Positions 24,838 through 32,000 of a stretch of DNA of 32,000 bases are shown one piece after another. Below the pieces are notes generated by a model, which worked only from the letters and a program-made list of their open reading frames with translations, was not told the DNA's origin and did no database searches. This DNA comes from Escherichia coli. Lineage in GTDB: Bacteria > Pseudomonadota > Gammaproteobacteria > Enterobacterales > Enterobacteriaceae. The stretch is from the NCBI RefSeq assembly GCF_017352035.1, contig NZ_CP071439.1; one strand, 5' to 3'. The position numbers were made by a program, and so were the translations under genes. Each line of letters starts with the position of its first letter. The stretch's first letter is position 1.

Positions 24838-25506
24838 ATGTCAACCCCGCGTCAGATTCTTGCTGCAATTTTTGATATGGATGGATTACTTATCGACTCA
24901 GAACCTTTATGGGATCGAGCCGAACTGGATGTGATGGCAAGCCTGGGGGTGGATATCTCCCGTCGTAACGAGCTGCCGGACACCTTAGGTTTACGTATCG
25001 ATATGGTGGTCGATCTTTGGTACGCCCGGCAACCGTGGAATGGGCCAAGCCGTCAGGAAGTAGTAGAACGGGTTATTGCCCGTGCCATTTCACTGGTTGA
25101 AGAGACACGTCCATTATTACCAGGCGTGCGCGAAGCCGTTGCGTTATGCAAAGAACAAGGTTTATTGGTGGGACTGGCCTCCGCGTCACCACTACATATG
25201 CTGGAAAAAGTGTTGACCATGTTTGACTTACGCGACAGTTTCGATGCCCTCGCCTCGGCTGAAAAACTGCCTTACAGCAAGCCGCATCCGCAAGTATATC
25301 TCGACTGCGCAGCAAAACTGGGCGTTGACCCACTGACCTGCGTAGCGCTGGAAGATTCAGTAAATGGCATGATCGCCTCTAAAGCAGCCCGCATGCGTTC
25401 CATCGTCGTTCCTGCGCCAGAAGCGCAAAATGATCCACGTTTTGTATTAGCAAACGTCAAACTCTCATCACTGACAGAACTCACCGCAAAAGACCTTCTC
25501 GGTTAA
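24838..25506 (+). CDS. hxpB: HAD-superfamily sugar/hexitol phosphatase
   Basis: 222-aa ORF with HAD motif I FDMDGLLIDSE, motif II LASAS and motif IV EDSVNG. The translation matches my memory of YniC/HxpB. Confidence 0.93.
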   Translation: MSTPRQILAAIFDMDGLLIDSEPLWDRAELDVMASLGVDISRRNELPDTLGLRIDMVVDLWYARQPWNGPSRQEVVERVIARAISLVEETRPLLPGVREAVALCKEQGLLVGLASASPLHMLEKVLTMFDLRDSFDALASAEKLPYSKPHPQVYLDCAAKLGVDPLTCVALEDSVNGMIASKAARMRSIVVPAPEAQNDPRFVLANVKLSSLTELTAKDLLG

Positions 25507-25509
25507 TGA

Positions 25510-25545
25510 CCAGGGGCAGTGATCACGCTGCCCCTGGTTCTTTAT
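25510..25545 (+). terminator. hxpB intrinsic terminator
   Basis: 10-bp GC-rich stem ccaggggcag (25510-25519) pairs with ctgcccctgg (25528-25537), followed by ttcttta. It starts 4 nt after the stop. Confidence 0.7.
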
Positions 25546-25616
25546 CTGAATTTGCATTCAACTGACGGATTAATCGTCAATTTAAGAGAAAGAGTTACAC
25601 CGTCACCACTTCCGCG

Positions 25617-25636
25617 CACTGTATAAAAATCCTATA
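25617..25636 (+). promoter_or_regulatory. LexA box 2 (weaker) upstream of ydjM
   Basis: CACTGTATAAAAATCCTATA has a good left half-site (CTGT) and a degenerate right half (CCTA instead of ACAG). Confidence 0.55.
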
Positions 25637-25654
25637 CTGTACGTATCGACAGTT
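25635..25654 (+). promoter_or_regulatory. LexA box 1 upstream of ydjM
   Basis: TACTGTACGTATCGACAGTT fits CTG-N10-CAG (CTG at 25637-25639, CAG at 25650-25652) and the consensus TACTG(TA)5CAGTA. It ends 14 nt upstream of the ydjM ATG. Confidence 0.85.
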
Positions 25655-25668
25655 TAGTGAGTTTTATC

Positions 25669-26259
25669 ATGACGGCGGAAGGTCACCTTCTCTTTTCTAT
25701 TGCTTGTGCGGTATTTGCCAAAAATGCCGAGCTGACGCCCGTGCTGGCACAGGGTGACTGGTGGCATATTGTCCCTTCCGCAATCCTGACGTGTTTGTTA
25801 CCGGACATCGATCACCCAAAGTCGTTTCTTGGGCAGCGATTAAAGTGGATATCAAAACCGATCGCCCGCGCTTTTGGGCATCGTGGTTTTACCCACAGTC
25901 TGCTGGCGGTATTTGCGCTGCTGGCAACCTTTTACCTTAAGGTTCCTGAAAGCTGGTTCATTCCGGCTGATGCGCTACAAGGAATGGTGCTGGGTTATTT
26001 GAGCCACATACTTGCCGATATGCTGACACCCGCCGGTGTTCCCCTGCTCTGGCCATGCCGCTGGCGTTTCCGCTTGCCTATCCTGGTTCCCCAAAAGGGC
26101 AACCAACTGGAACGTTTTATCTGCATGGCATTATTTGTCTGGTCGGTATGGATGCCCCATTCATTACCCGAAAACAGCGCTGTTCGTTGGTCATCGCAAA
26201 TGATCAATACTTTGCAGATCCAGTTTCATCGGCTTATTAAGCATCAGGTTGAATACTAA
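25669..26259 (+). CDS. ydjM: LexA-regulated inner-membrane metal-dependent hydrolase-like protein (YdjM/DUF457 family)
   Basis: 196-aa ORF from ATG 25669 (MTAEGHLLFS...). It is multi-pass hydrophobic with His-rich motifs PDIDHPKS, GHRGFTHS and SHILADMLT. The ORF-track start at 25657 is an upstream GTG that abuts the LexA box. Confidence 0.9.
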   Translation: MTAEGHLLFSIACAVFAKNAELTPVLAQGDWWHIVPSAILTCLLPDIDHPKSFLGQRLKWISKPIARAFGHRGFTHSLLAVFALLATFYLKVPESWFIPADALQGMVLGYLSHILADMLTPAGVPLLWPCRWRFRLPILVPQKGNQLERFICMALFVWSVWMPHSLPENSAVRWSSQMINTLQIQFHRLIKHQVEY

Positions 26260-26391
26260 AAAGGCAAAAATCACCTTTCTGGAATAAGCAATTCCATTTG
26301 AATATAAGAGCCAGCTCACAGTTCTGTTAATCTTGCGCCAACACTATGACTGCTACGCAGTGATAGAAATAATAAGATCAGGAGAACGGGG

Positions 26392-27783
26392 ATGAACTTT
26401 CCATTAATTGCGAACATCGTGGTGTTCGTTGTACTGCTGTTTGCGCTGGCTCAGACCCGCCATAAACAGTGGAGTCTGGCGAAAAAAGTGCTGGTGGGTC
26501 TGGTGATGGGTGTGGTTTTTGGCCTTGCCCTGCATACCATTTATGGTTCTGACAGCCAGGTACTTAAAGATTCTGTACAGTGGTTTAACATTGTTGGTAA
26601 CGGCTATGTTCAACTGCTGCAAATGATCGTTATGCCGTTAGTCTTCGCCTCTATTCTGAGCGCGGTTGCCCGTCTGCATAACGCATCTCAGTTAGGCAAA
26701 ATCAGTTTTCTGACCATCGGTACGCTTTTGTTTACCACGCTGATTGCGGCGCTGGTCGGTGTGCTGGTCACCAACCTGTTTGGTTTGACGGCTGAAGGTC
26801 TGGTTCAGGGTGGTGCAGAAACTGCACGTCTGAACGCCATTGAAAGTAACTATGTTGGTAAAGTCTCTGACCTGAGCGTTCCGCAGCTGGTCTTGTCCTT
26901 TATCCCGAAAAACCCGTTTGCCGATCTGACCGGAGCCAATCCGACGTCAATTATCAGCGTGGTAATTTTTGCCGCATTCCTCGGTGTAGCTGCGCTGAAA
27001 CTGCTGAAGGATGATGCGCCGAAAGGTGAACGCGTCTTAACCGCTATCGATACCCTGCAAAGCTGGGTAATGAAGCTGGTTCGCCTGGTCATGCAGTTGA
27101 CCCCTTACGGCGTTCTGGCGCTGATGACCAAAGTGGTTGCAGGTTCTAACCTGCAAGACATCATCAAACTGGGAAGTTTCGTTGTCGCGTCCTACCTCGG
27201 TCTTCTGATTATGTTTGCAGTGCATGGCCTTCTGCTGGGTATTAATGGCGTGAGCCCGCTGAAGTACTTCCGTAAGGTATGGCCAGTACTGACGTTTGCC
27301 TTTACCAGCCGTTCCAGTGCTGCGTCTATCCCACTGAATGTGGAAGCACAAACGCGTCGTCTGGGTGTTCCTGAATCCATCGCCAGTTTCGCCGCCTCTT
27401 TCGGTGCAACCATTGGTCAGAACGGCTGTGCCGGTTTGTATCCGGCGATGCTGGCGGTGATGGTTGCGCCTACGGTTGGCATTAACCCGATGGACCCGAT
27501 GTGGATTGCGACGCTGGTCGGTATTGTTACCGTTAGTTCCGCAGGCGTTGCCGGTGTCGGTGGTGGTGCAACTTTCGCCGCACTGATTGTGCTGCCTGCG
27601 ATGGGCCTGCCAGTTACCCTGGTGGCGCTGTTAATCTCCGTTGAACCGCTTATCGACATGGGGCGTACGGCGCTAAACGTTAGTGGCTCGATGACCGCTG
27701 GCACGCTGACCAGCCAGTGGCTGAAGCAAACCGATAAAGCCATTCTGGATAGCGAAGACGACGCCGAACTGGCACACCGTTAA
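26392..27783 (+). CDS. tcyP: L-cystine transporter, dicarboxylate/amino acid:cation symporter (DAACS) family
   Basis: 463-aa polytopic ORF with the DAACS signature [13 protein letters not shown]. The translation matches my memory of YdjN/TcyP. Confidence 0.95.
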   Translation: MNFPLIANIVVFVVLLFALAQTRHKQWSLAKKVLVGLVMGVVFGLALHTIYGSDSQVLKDSVQWFNIVGNGYVQLLQMIVMPLVFASILSAVARLHNASQLGKISFLTIGTLLFTTLIAALVGVLVTNLFGLTAEGLVQGGAETARLNAIESNYVGKVSDLSVPQLVLSFIPKNPFADLTGANPTSIISVVIFAAFLGVAALKLLKDDAPKGERVLTAIDTLQSWVMKLVRLVMQLTPYGVLALMTKVVAGSNLQDIIKLGSFVVASYLGLLIMFAVHGLLLGINGVSPLKYFRKVWPVLTFAFTSRSSAASIPLNVEAQTRRLGVPESIASFAASFGATIGQNGCAGLYPAMLAVMVAPTVGINPMDPMWIATLVGIVTVSSAGVAGVGGGATFAALIVLPAMGLPVTLVALLISVEPLIDMGRTALNVSGSMTAGTLTSQWLKQTDKAILDSEDDAELAHR

Positions 27784-27786
27784 TTC

Positions 27787-28590
27787 TTATGCTGGCAACG
27801 GTCCGTTTTGTATAGGAGCCGTTGCCTTACTTTTTAAATGTTCCATCGCGGCGATGCATACTGACTCATATTTAAACAGATCGTCAGCGAAAAAAATGGC
27901 TAACTTATCGATACATTCCTGACTCAATGAATGTGCCTGTAGCGAAAAGCTTAAAACCTCATACCCAAGACGTTTTCTAAGTGAACTATCTGAAATACTC
28001 ATAATCTCTTCAAGCACACCACTTCCCATTCCCGGAAGATTCAGTGGATTAAAAAGAAGATTGACATTAAGTATTGATATTACCGAAGGAAACTTTAGGA
28101 GACTCTCATTTTTTTGAATCGCAGCAAAAATGCTCCCAACAGGATGTATATAATTTTGTTCATAGTATATCGTTTTTAAATAGTGAATAACCAACCTGTT
28201 TTTTATATTGATCAAATTGGTCATTTTTTCTGGTCGGAATTCACAAGTAAAATCCATCCCAACAAAATTCTCATTAATACCTCTTATCCTAATTTCACTA
28301 CCATAAAGATTATTAATTATCACTCTATATTTAACATTGTCCTGCAGATATGTATCAAAACTAAGTGCTGGCGCTCCTGGCTTTGAGGCATCATAGTTAA
28401 TGTTAGACATATAGGCAATCATATAATTGAAGTTTGATTCTGCTATTTCATCGCAGGCACATTGACCCGTTGATATAAAGAAAGTGAGTGCTGTCATGGT
28501 AGACTGCAGTCTTTCTTTAAAAGAGTCGAAGGCAAGGTTTTTAATATTTAAATTACCATAATCACTCTGTATTAAGTTTGTAGAAAACAT
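27787..28590 (-). CDS. ydjO: Uncharacterised protein with no recognisable domain; AT-rich orphan
   Basis: 267-aa ORF from ATG 28590 (MFSTNLIQSDYG...), preceded by the SD-like GAGGTGGGAG. The upstream in-frame ATG at 28602 has no SD. I see no signal peptide, TM segment or catalytic motif. Confidence 0.8.
   Translation of the reverse strand: MFSTNLIQSDYGNLNIKNLAFDSFKERLQSTMTALTFFISTGQCACDEIAESNFNYMIAYMSNINYDASKPGAPALSFDTYLQDNVKYRVIINNLYGSEIRIRGINENFVGMDFTCEFRPEKMTNLINIKNRLVIHYLKTIYYEQNYIHPVGSIFAAIQKNESLLKFPSVISILNVNLLFNPLNLPGMGSGVLEEIMSISDSSLRKRLGYEVLSFSLQAHSLSQECIDKLAIFFADDLFKYESVCIAAMEHLKSKATAPIQNGPLPA
27794..27838 (+). terminator. Probable tcyP intrinsic terminator, embedded in the 3' coding end of convergent ydjO
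   Basis: The stem ggcaacgg (27794-27801) pairs with ccgttgcc (27819-27826) around a 17-nt loop, followed by ttactttttaaa. It starts 11 nt after the tcyP stop. Confidence 0.55.
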
Positions 28591-28848
28591 CTCCCACCTC
28601 ATATTATCAACAAAATTATTATCTCATTTGAATCTAAGCAATTTACAATATAAGTTTAATGGCAACGCCACAGGATGAACTATCAAAAATAGCTCATCCT
28701 GATTAGCTAAACTTAACTATTATAAAATAAATAAACAATTAAAGAAAAAAGATCACTTATTTATAGCAATAGATCGTCAAAGGCAGCTTTTTGTTACAGG
28801 TGGTTTGAATGAATGTAGCAATGAAATACAGAATTTCAGGCCATGTAA

Positions 28849-28867
28849 CTCCCGGCAAAACCGGGAG
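28849..28867 (-). terminator. Hairpin downstream of cedA (weak terminator candidate)
   Basis: ctcccgg (28849-28855) pairs with ccgggag (28861-28867) around a 5-nt loop, 12 nt past the cedA stop. Only a short T tract follows on the - strand. Confidence 0.4.
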
Positions 28868-28878
28868 GTACGTAATCT

Positions 28879-29121
28879 TTACTCAGTCACTTCCCCTTCC
28901 TGGCGGATCTGATTTGCCCAACGCTGGGCGGATTCAGGCACAGTAAACGCCGGTGAGCGCAGAAATGACTCTCCCATCAGTACAAACGCAACATATTTGC
29001 CACGCAGCATCCAGACATCACGAAACGAATCCATCTTTATCGCATGTTCTGGCGGCGCGGGTTCCGTGCGTGGGACATAGCTAATAATCTGGCGGTTTTG
29101 CTGGCGGAGCGGTTTCTTCAT
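28879..29121 (-). CDS. cedA: Cell division modulator CedA
   Basis: 80-aa frame MKKPLRQQNRQIISYVPRTEPAPPEHAIKMDSFRDVW... matches my memory of CedA. An in-frame ATG 7 codons upstream (29142) is an alternative start, and neither has a strong SD. Confidence 0.85.
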   Translation of the reverse strand: MKKPLRQQNRQIISYVPRTEPAPPEHAIKMDSFRDVWMLRGKYVAFVLMGESFLRSPAFTVPESAQRWANQIRQEGEVTE

Positions 29122-29324
29122 TACTGGCTTCACTAAACGCATATTAAAAATCAGAAAAACTGTAGTTTAGCCGATTTAGCCCCTGTACGTCCCGCTTTGC
29201 GTGTATTTCATAACACCGTTTCCAGAATAGCCTCCGAAGCGGGATCTGGCTGGTGGTCTATAGTTAGAGAGTTTTTTGACCAAAACAGCGGCCCTTTCAG
29301 TAATAAATTAAGGAGACGAGTTCA

Positions 29325-31586
29325 ATGTCGCAACATAACGAAAAGAACCCACATCAGCACCAGTCACCACAACACGATTCCAGCGAAGCGAAACCGGGGA
29401 TGGACTCACTGGCACCTGAGGACGGATCTCATCGTCCAGCGGCTGAACCGACACCGCCAGGTGCACAACCTACCGCCCCAGGGAGCCTGAAAGCCCCTGA
29501 TACGCGTAACGAAAAACTTAATTCTCTGGAAGACGTACGCAAAGGCAGTGAAAATTATGCGCTGACCACTAATCAGGGCGTGCGCATCGCCGACGATCAA
29601 AACTCACTGCGTGCCGGTAGCCGTGGTCCAACGCTGCTGGAAGATTTTATTCTGCGCGAGAAAATCACCCACTTTGACCATGAGCGCATCCCGGAACGTA
29701 TTGTTCATGCACGTGGATCAGCAGCTCACGGTTATTTCCAGCCATATAAAAGCTTAAGCGATATCACCAAAGCGGATTTCCTCTCAGATCCGAACAAAAT
29801 CACCCCAGTATTTGTTAGGTTCTCTACCGTTCAGGGTGGTGCTGGCTCTGCCGATACCGTGCGTGATATCCGTGGCTTTGCCACCAAGTTCTATACCGAA
29901 GAGGGTATTTTTGACCTCGTTGGCAATAACACGCCAATCTTCTTTATCCAGGATGCGCATAAATTCCCCGATTTTGTTCATGCGGTAAAACCAGAACCGC
30001 ACTGGGCAATCCCACAAGGGCAAAGCGCCCACGATACTTTCTGGGATTATGTTTCTCTGCAACCTGAAACTCTGCACAACGTGATGTGGGCGATGTCGGA
30101 TCGCGGGATCCCACGCAGTTACCGCACCATGGAAGGCTTCGGTATTCACACCTTCCGCCTGATTAATGCCGAAGGGAAGGCAACGTTCGTACGTTTCCAC
30201 TGGAAACCACTGGCAGGTAAAGCCTCACTCGTTTGGGATGAAGCACAAAAACTAACCGGACGTGACCCGGACTTCCACCGCCGCGAGTTGTGGGAAGCCA
30301 TCGAAGCAGGCGATTTTCCGGAATACGAACTGGGCTTCCAGTTGATTCCTGAAGAAGATGAATTCAAGTTTGACTTCGATCTTCTCGATCCAACCAAACT
30401 CATCCCGGAAGAACTGGTACCCGTTCAGCGTGTTGGCAAAATGGTGCTCAATCGCAACCCGGATAACTTCTTTGCCGAAAACGAACAGGCGGCTTTCCAT
30501 CCTGGGCATATTGTCCCCGGTCTGGATTTCACCAACGATCCGCTGTTGCAGGGGCGTTTGTTCTCTTATACCGATACACAAATCAGTCGTCTTGGCGGAC
30601 CAAATTTCCATGAGATTCCGATTAACCGCCCGACCTGCCCTTACCATAATTTCCAGCGTGACGGCATGCATCGTATGGGGATCGACACTAACCCGGCGAA
30701 TTACGAACCGAACTCGATCAACGATAACTGGCCGCGCGAAACACCGCCGGGGCCGAAACGTGGCGGTTTTGAATCATACCAGGAGCGCGTGGAAGGCAAT
30801 AAAGTTCGCGAGCGCAGCCCATCGTTTGGCGAATATTATTCCCATCCGCGTCTGTTCTGGCTAAGTCAGACGCCATTCGAGCAGCGCCATATTGTCGATG
30901 GTTTCAGTTTTGAGTTAAGCAAAGTAGTTCGGCCGTATATTCGTGAGCGCGTTGTTGACCAGCTGGCGCATATTGATCTCACTCTGGCCCAGGCGGTGGC
31001 GAAAAATCTCGGTATCGAGCTGACGGACGACCAGCTGAATATCACCCCGCCTCCGGACGTCAACGGTCTGAAAAAGGATCCATCCTTAAGTTTGTACGCC
31101 ATTCCTGACGGTGATGTGAAAGGTCGCGTGGTAGCGATTTTACTTAATGATGAAGTGAGATCGGCAGACCTTCTGGCCATTCTCAAGGCGCTGAAGGCCA
31201 AAGGCGTTCATGCCAAACTGCTCTACTCCCGAATGGGTGAAGTGACTGCGGATGACGGTACGGTGCTGCCTATAGCTGCTACCTTTGCCGGAGCGCCTTC
31301 GCTGACGGTCGATGCGGTTATTGTCCCTTGCGGCAATATCGCGGATATCGCTGACAACGGCGATGCCAACTACTACCTGATGGAAGCCTACAAACACCTT
31401 AAACCGATTGCGCTGGCAGGAGACGCGCGCAAGTTTAAAGCAACAATCAAGGTCGCTGACCAGGGTGAAGAAGGGATTGTGGAAGCTGACAGCGCCGATG
31501 GTAGTTTTATGGATGAACTGTTAACGCTGATGGCAGCACACCGCGTGTGGTCACGCATTCCTAAGATTGACAAAATCCCGGCGTAA
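29325..31586 (+). CDS. katE: Catalase HPII (large-subunit monofunctional catalase)
   Basis: 753-aa ORF with catalase motifs [20 protein letters not shown] (distal His) and RLFSYTDTQ, a long Pro/Gln/His-rich N-terminal extension and a C-terminal flavodoxin/DJ-1-like domain typical of large-subunit catalases. Confidence 0.98.
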   Translation: MSQHNEKNPHQHQSPQHDSSEAKPGMDSLAPEDGSHRPAAEPTPPGAQPTAPGSLKAPDTRNEKLNSLEDVRKGSENYALTTNQGVRIADDQNSLRAGSRGPTLLEDFILREKITHFDHERIPERIVHARGSAAHGYFQPYKSLSDITKADFLSDPNKITPVFVRFSTVQGGAGSADTVRDIRGFATKFYTEEGIFDLVGNNTPIFFIQDAHKFPDFVHAVKPEPHWAIPQGQSAHDTFWDYVSLQPETLHNVMWAMSDRGIPRSYRTMEGFGIHTFRLINAEGKATFVRFHWKPLAGKASLVWDEAQKLTGRDPDFHRRELWEAIEAGDFPEYELGFQLIPEEDEFKFDFDLLDPTKLIPEELVPVQRVGKMVLNRNPDNFFAENEQAAFHPGHIVPGLDFTNDPLLQGRLFSYTDTQISRLGGPNFHEIPINRPTCPYHNFQRDGMHRMGIDTNPANYEPNSINDNWPRETPPGPKRGGFESYQERVEGNKVRERSPSFGEYYSHPRLFWLSQTPFEQRHIVDGFSFELSKVVRPYIRERVVDQLAHIDLTLAQAVAKNLGIELTDDQLNITPPPDVNGLKKDPSLSLYAIPDGDVKGRVVAILLNDEVRSADLLAILKALKAKGVHAKLLYSRMGEVTADDGTVLPIAATFAGAPSLTVDAVIVPCGNIADIADNGDANYYLMEAYKHLKPIALAGDARKFKATIKVADQGEEGIVEADSADGSFMDELLTLMAAHRVWSRIPKIDKIPA

Positions 31587-31594
31587 ATATGGAT

Positions 31595-31622
31595 AAGGTC
31601 ACGCCCCCTGGGGAGTGACCTT
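31595..31622. terminator. Long hairpin between convergent katE and chbG
   Basis: aaggtcac (31595-31602) pairs with gtgacctt (31615-31622), with inner cccc/gggg pairing. It lies 9 nt after the katE stop and 11 nt before the chbG stop. There is no clear U tract on either strand. Confidence 0.5.
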
Positions 31623-31632
31623 ACCACCTTAC

Positions 31633-32000
31633 TTACACATCAAGATAACTACCCAACCGATAACCACGCTCAGCAATCGCATATTTCAACGACGCTGAAG
31701 TCAGCACATCCAGTTCCGTTAACCGAGGGAAGCAATAAGCACTCTGGCGAATCGTATTATCGATAAACGCCGGGTGGCACATCACTTCCAGCGAGCGCTC
31801 GCCGCGATGACTGGAGTCATCAAGCACTTGCAGGAACAGCGACTCACTGATCTCTTCACCGTAGAATGCACTGCTGAATCCCTGGGTAGTGCGCAGGTTG
31901 ACCGGCAAATCAAACACCATCTGACGATCCGCCCGCAACGCAATCCCCTCTTCTGCCGCAAACCTGGCAACAATCGGGAAAATCTGCGGGAACATATGCA
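31633..32000 (-). CDS. chbG: Chitooligosaccharide deacetylase ChbG (YdjC family); the 5' part lies beyond the window edge
   Basis: The frame stays open through the window end (...[20 protein letters not shown]...). The C-terminal 120 residues match my memory of ChbG/YdjC. Confidence 0.9.

Noticed and set aside
28808-28945. Small + strand ORF (ATGAATGTAGCAATGAAATAC...) running from the ydjO-cedA intergenic region into the antisense of cedA
   Set aside because: It is short, has no SD and passes through the cedA terminator-like hairpin. It is most likely a chance ORF in AT-rich DNA.
29197-29490. 97-aa + strand ORF upstream of and overlapping the katE start
   Set aside because: It overlaps katE out of frame and starts in the cedA-katE divergent promoter region. 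It has no SD and an Arg/His/Ser-rich translation.

Overview
This window is Escherichia coli-type core chromosome. It is colinear with the K-12 segment fadK-ppsA-ppsR-aroH-ydiE-selO-ydiV-nlpC-btuDEC-ihfA-pheTS-pheM-rplT-rpmI-infC-thrS-arpB-yniD-ydiY-pfkB-ydiZ-yniA-yniB-hxpB-ydjM-tcyP-ydjO-cedA-katE-chbG, which I recall lying near 1.8 Mb in K-12. I recognise 33 protein-coding genes; the two at the window edges are truncated. Most are housekeeping genes identified from the ORF track plus catalytic or signature motifs visible in the translations. Several classical regulatory elements can be read directly in the DNA: the TrpR operator of aroH, a Fur box ahead of ydiE, the pheM leader peptide and its attenuator, the AUU start of infC, the anticodon-like thrS operator hairpin, two overlapping LexA boxes ahead of ydjM, a Cra-like palindrome ahead of ppsA, and several intrinsic terminators. 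I saw no rRNA, tRNA, CRISPR array, IS element, transposase, integrase or long nucleotide repeat. The strain is not K-12 itself. arpB, which I recall as a split pseudogene in K-12, is an uninterrupted 632-codon ORF here, and several proteins carry substitutions relative to my memory of K-12. Hunt result: I found no convincing new multigene system. The best leads are two visibly AT-rich single-gene islets embedded in GC-normal core DNA. One is the intact arpB, which looks like an EspL/OspD-type Cys-His-Asp protease domain followed by five repeats in an exact 48-residue register. The other is the orphan ydjO. Smaller observations include an upstream ORF coupled to ydiV by an ATGA overlap, the tcyP terminator lying inside the ydjO coding end, a substitution in a conserved PfkB motif, and a Cas2/VapD-like secondary-structure pattern in ydiZ. 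All homology statements rest on recognition from memory and need database confirmation.
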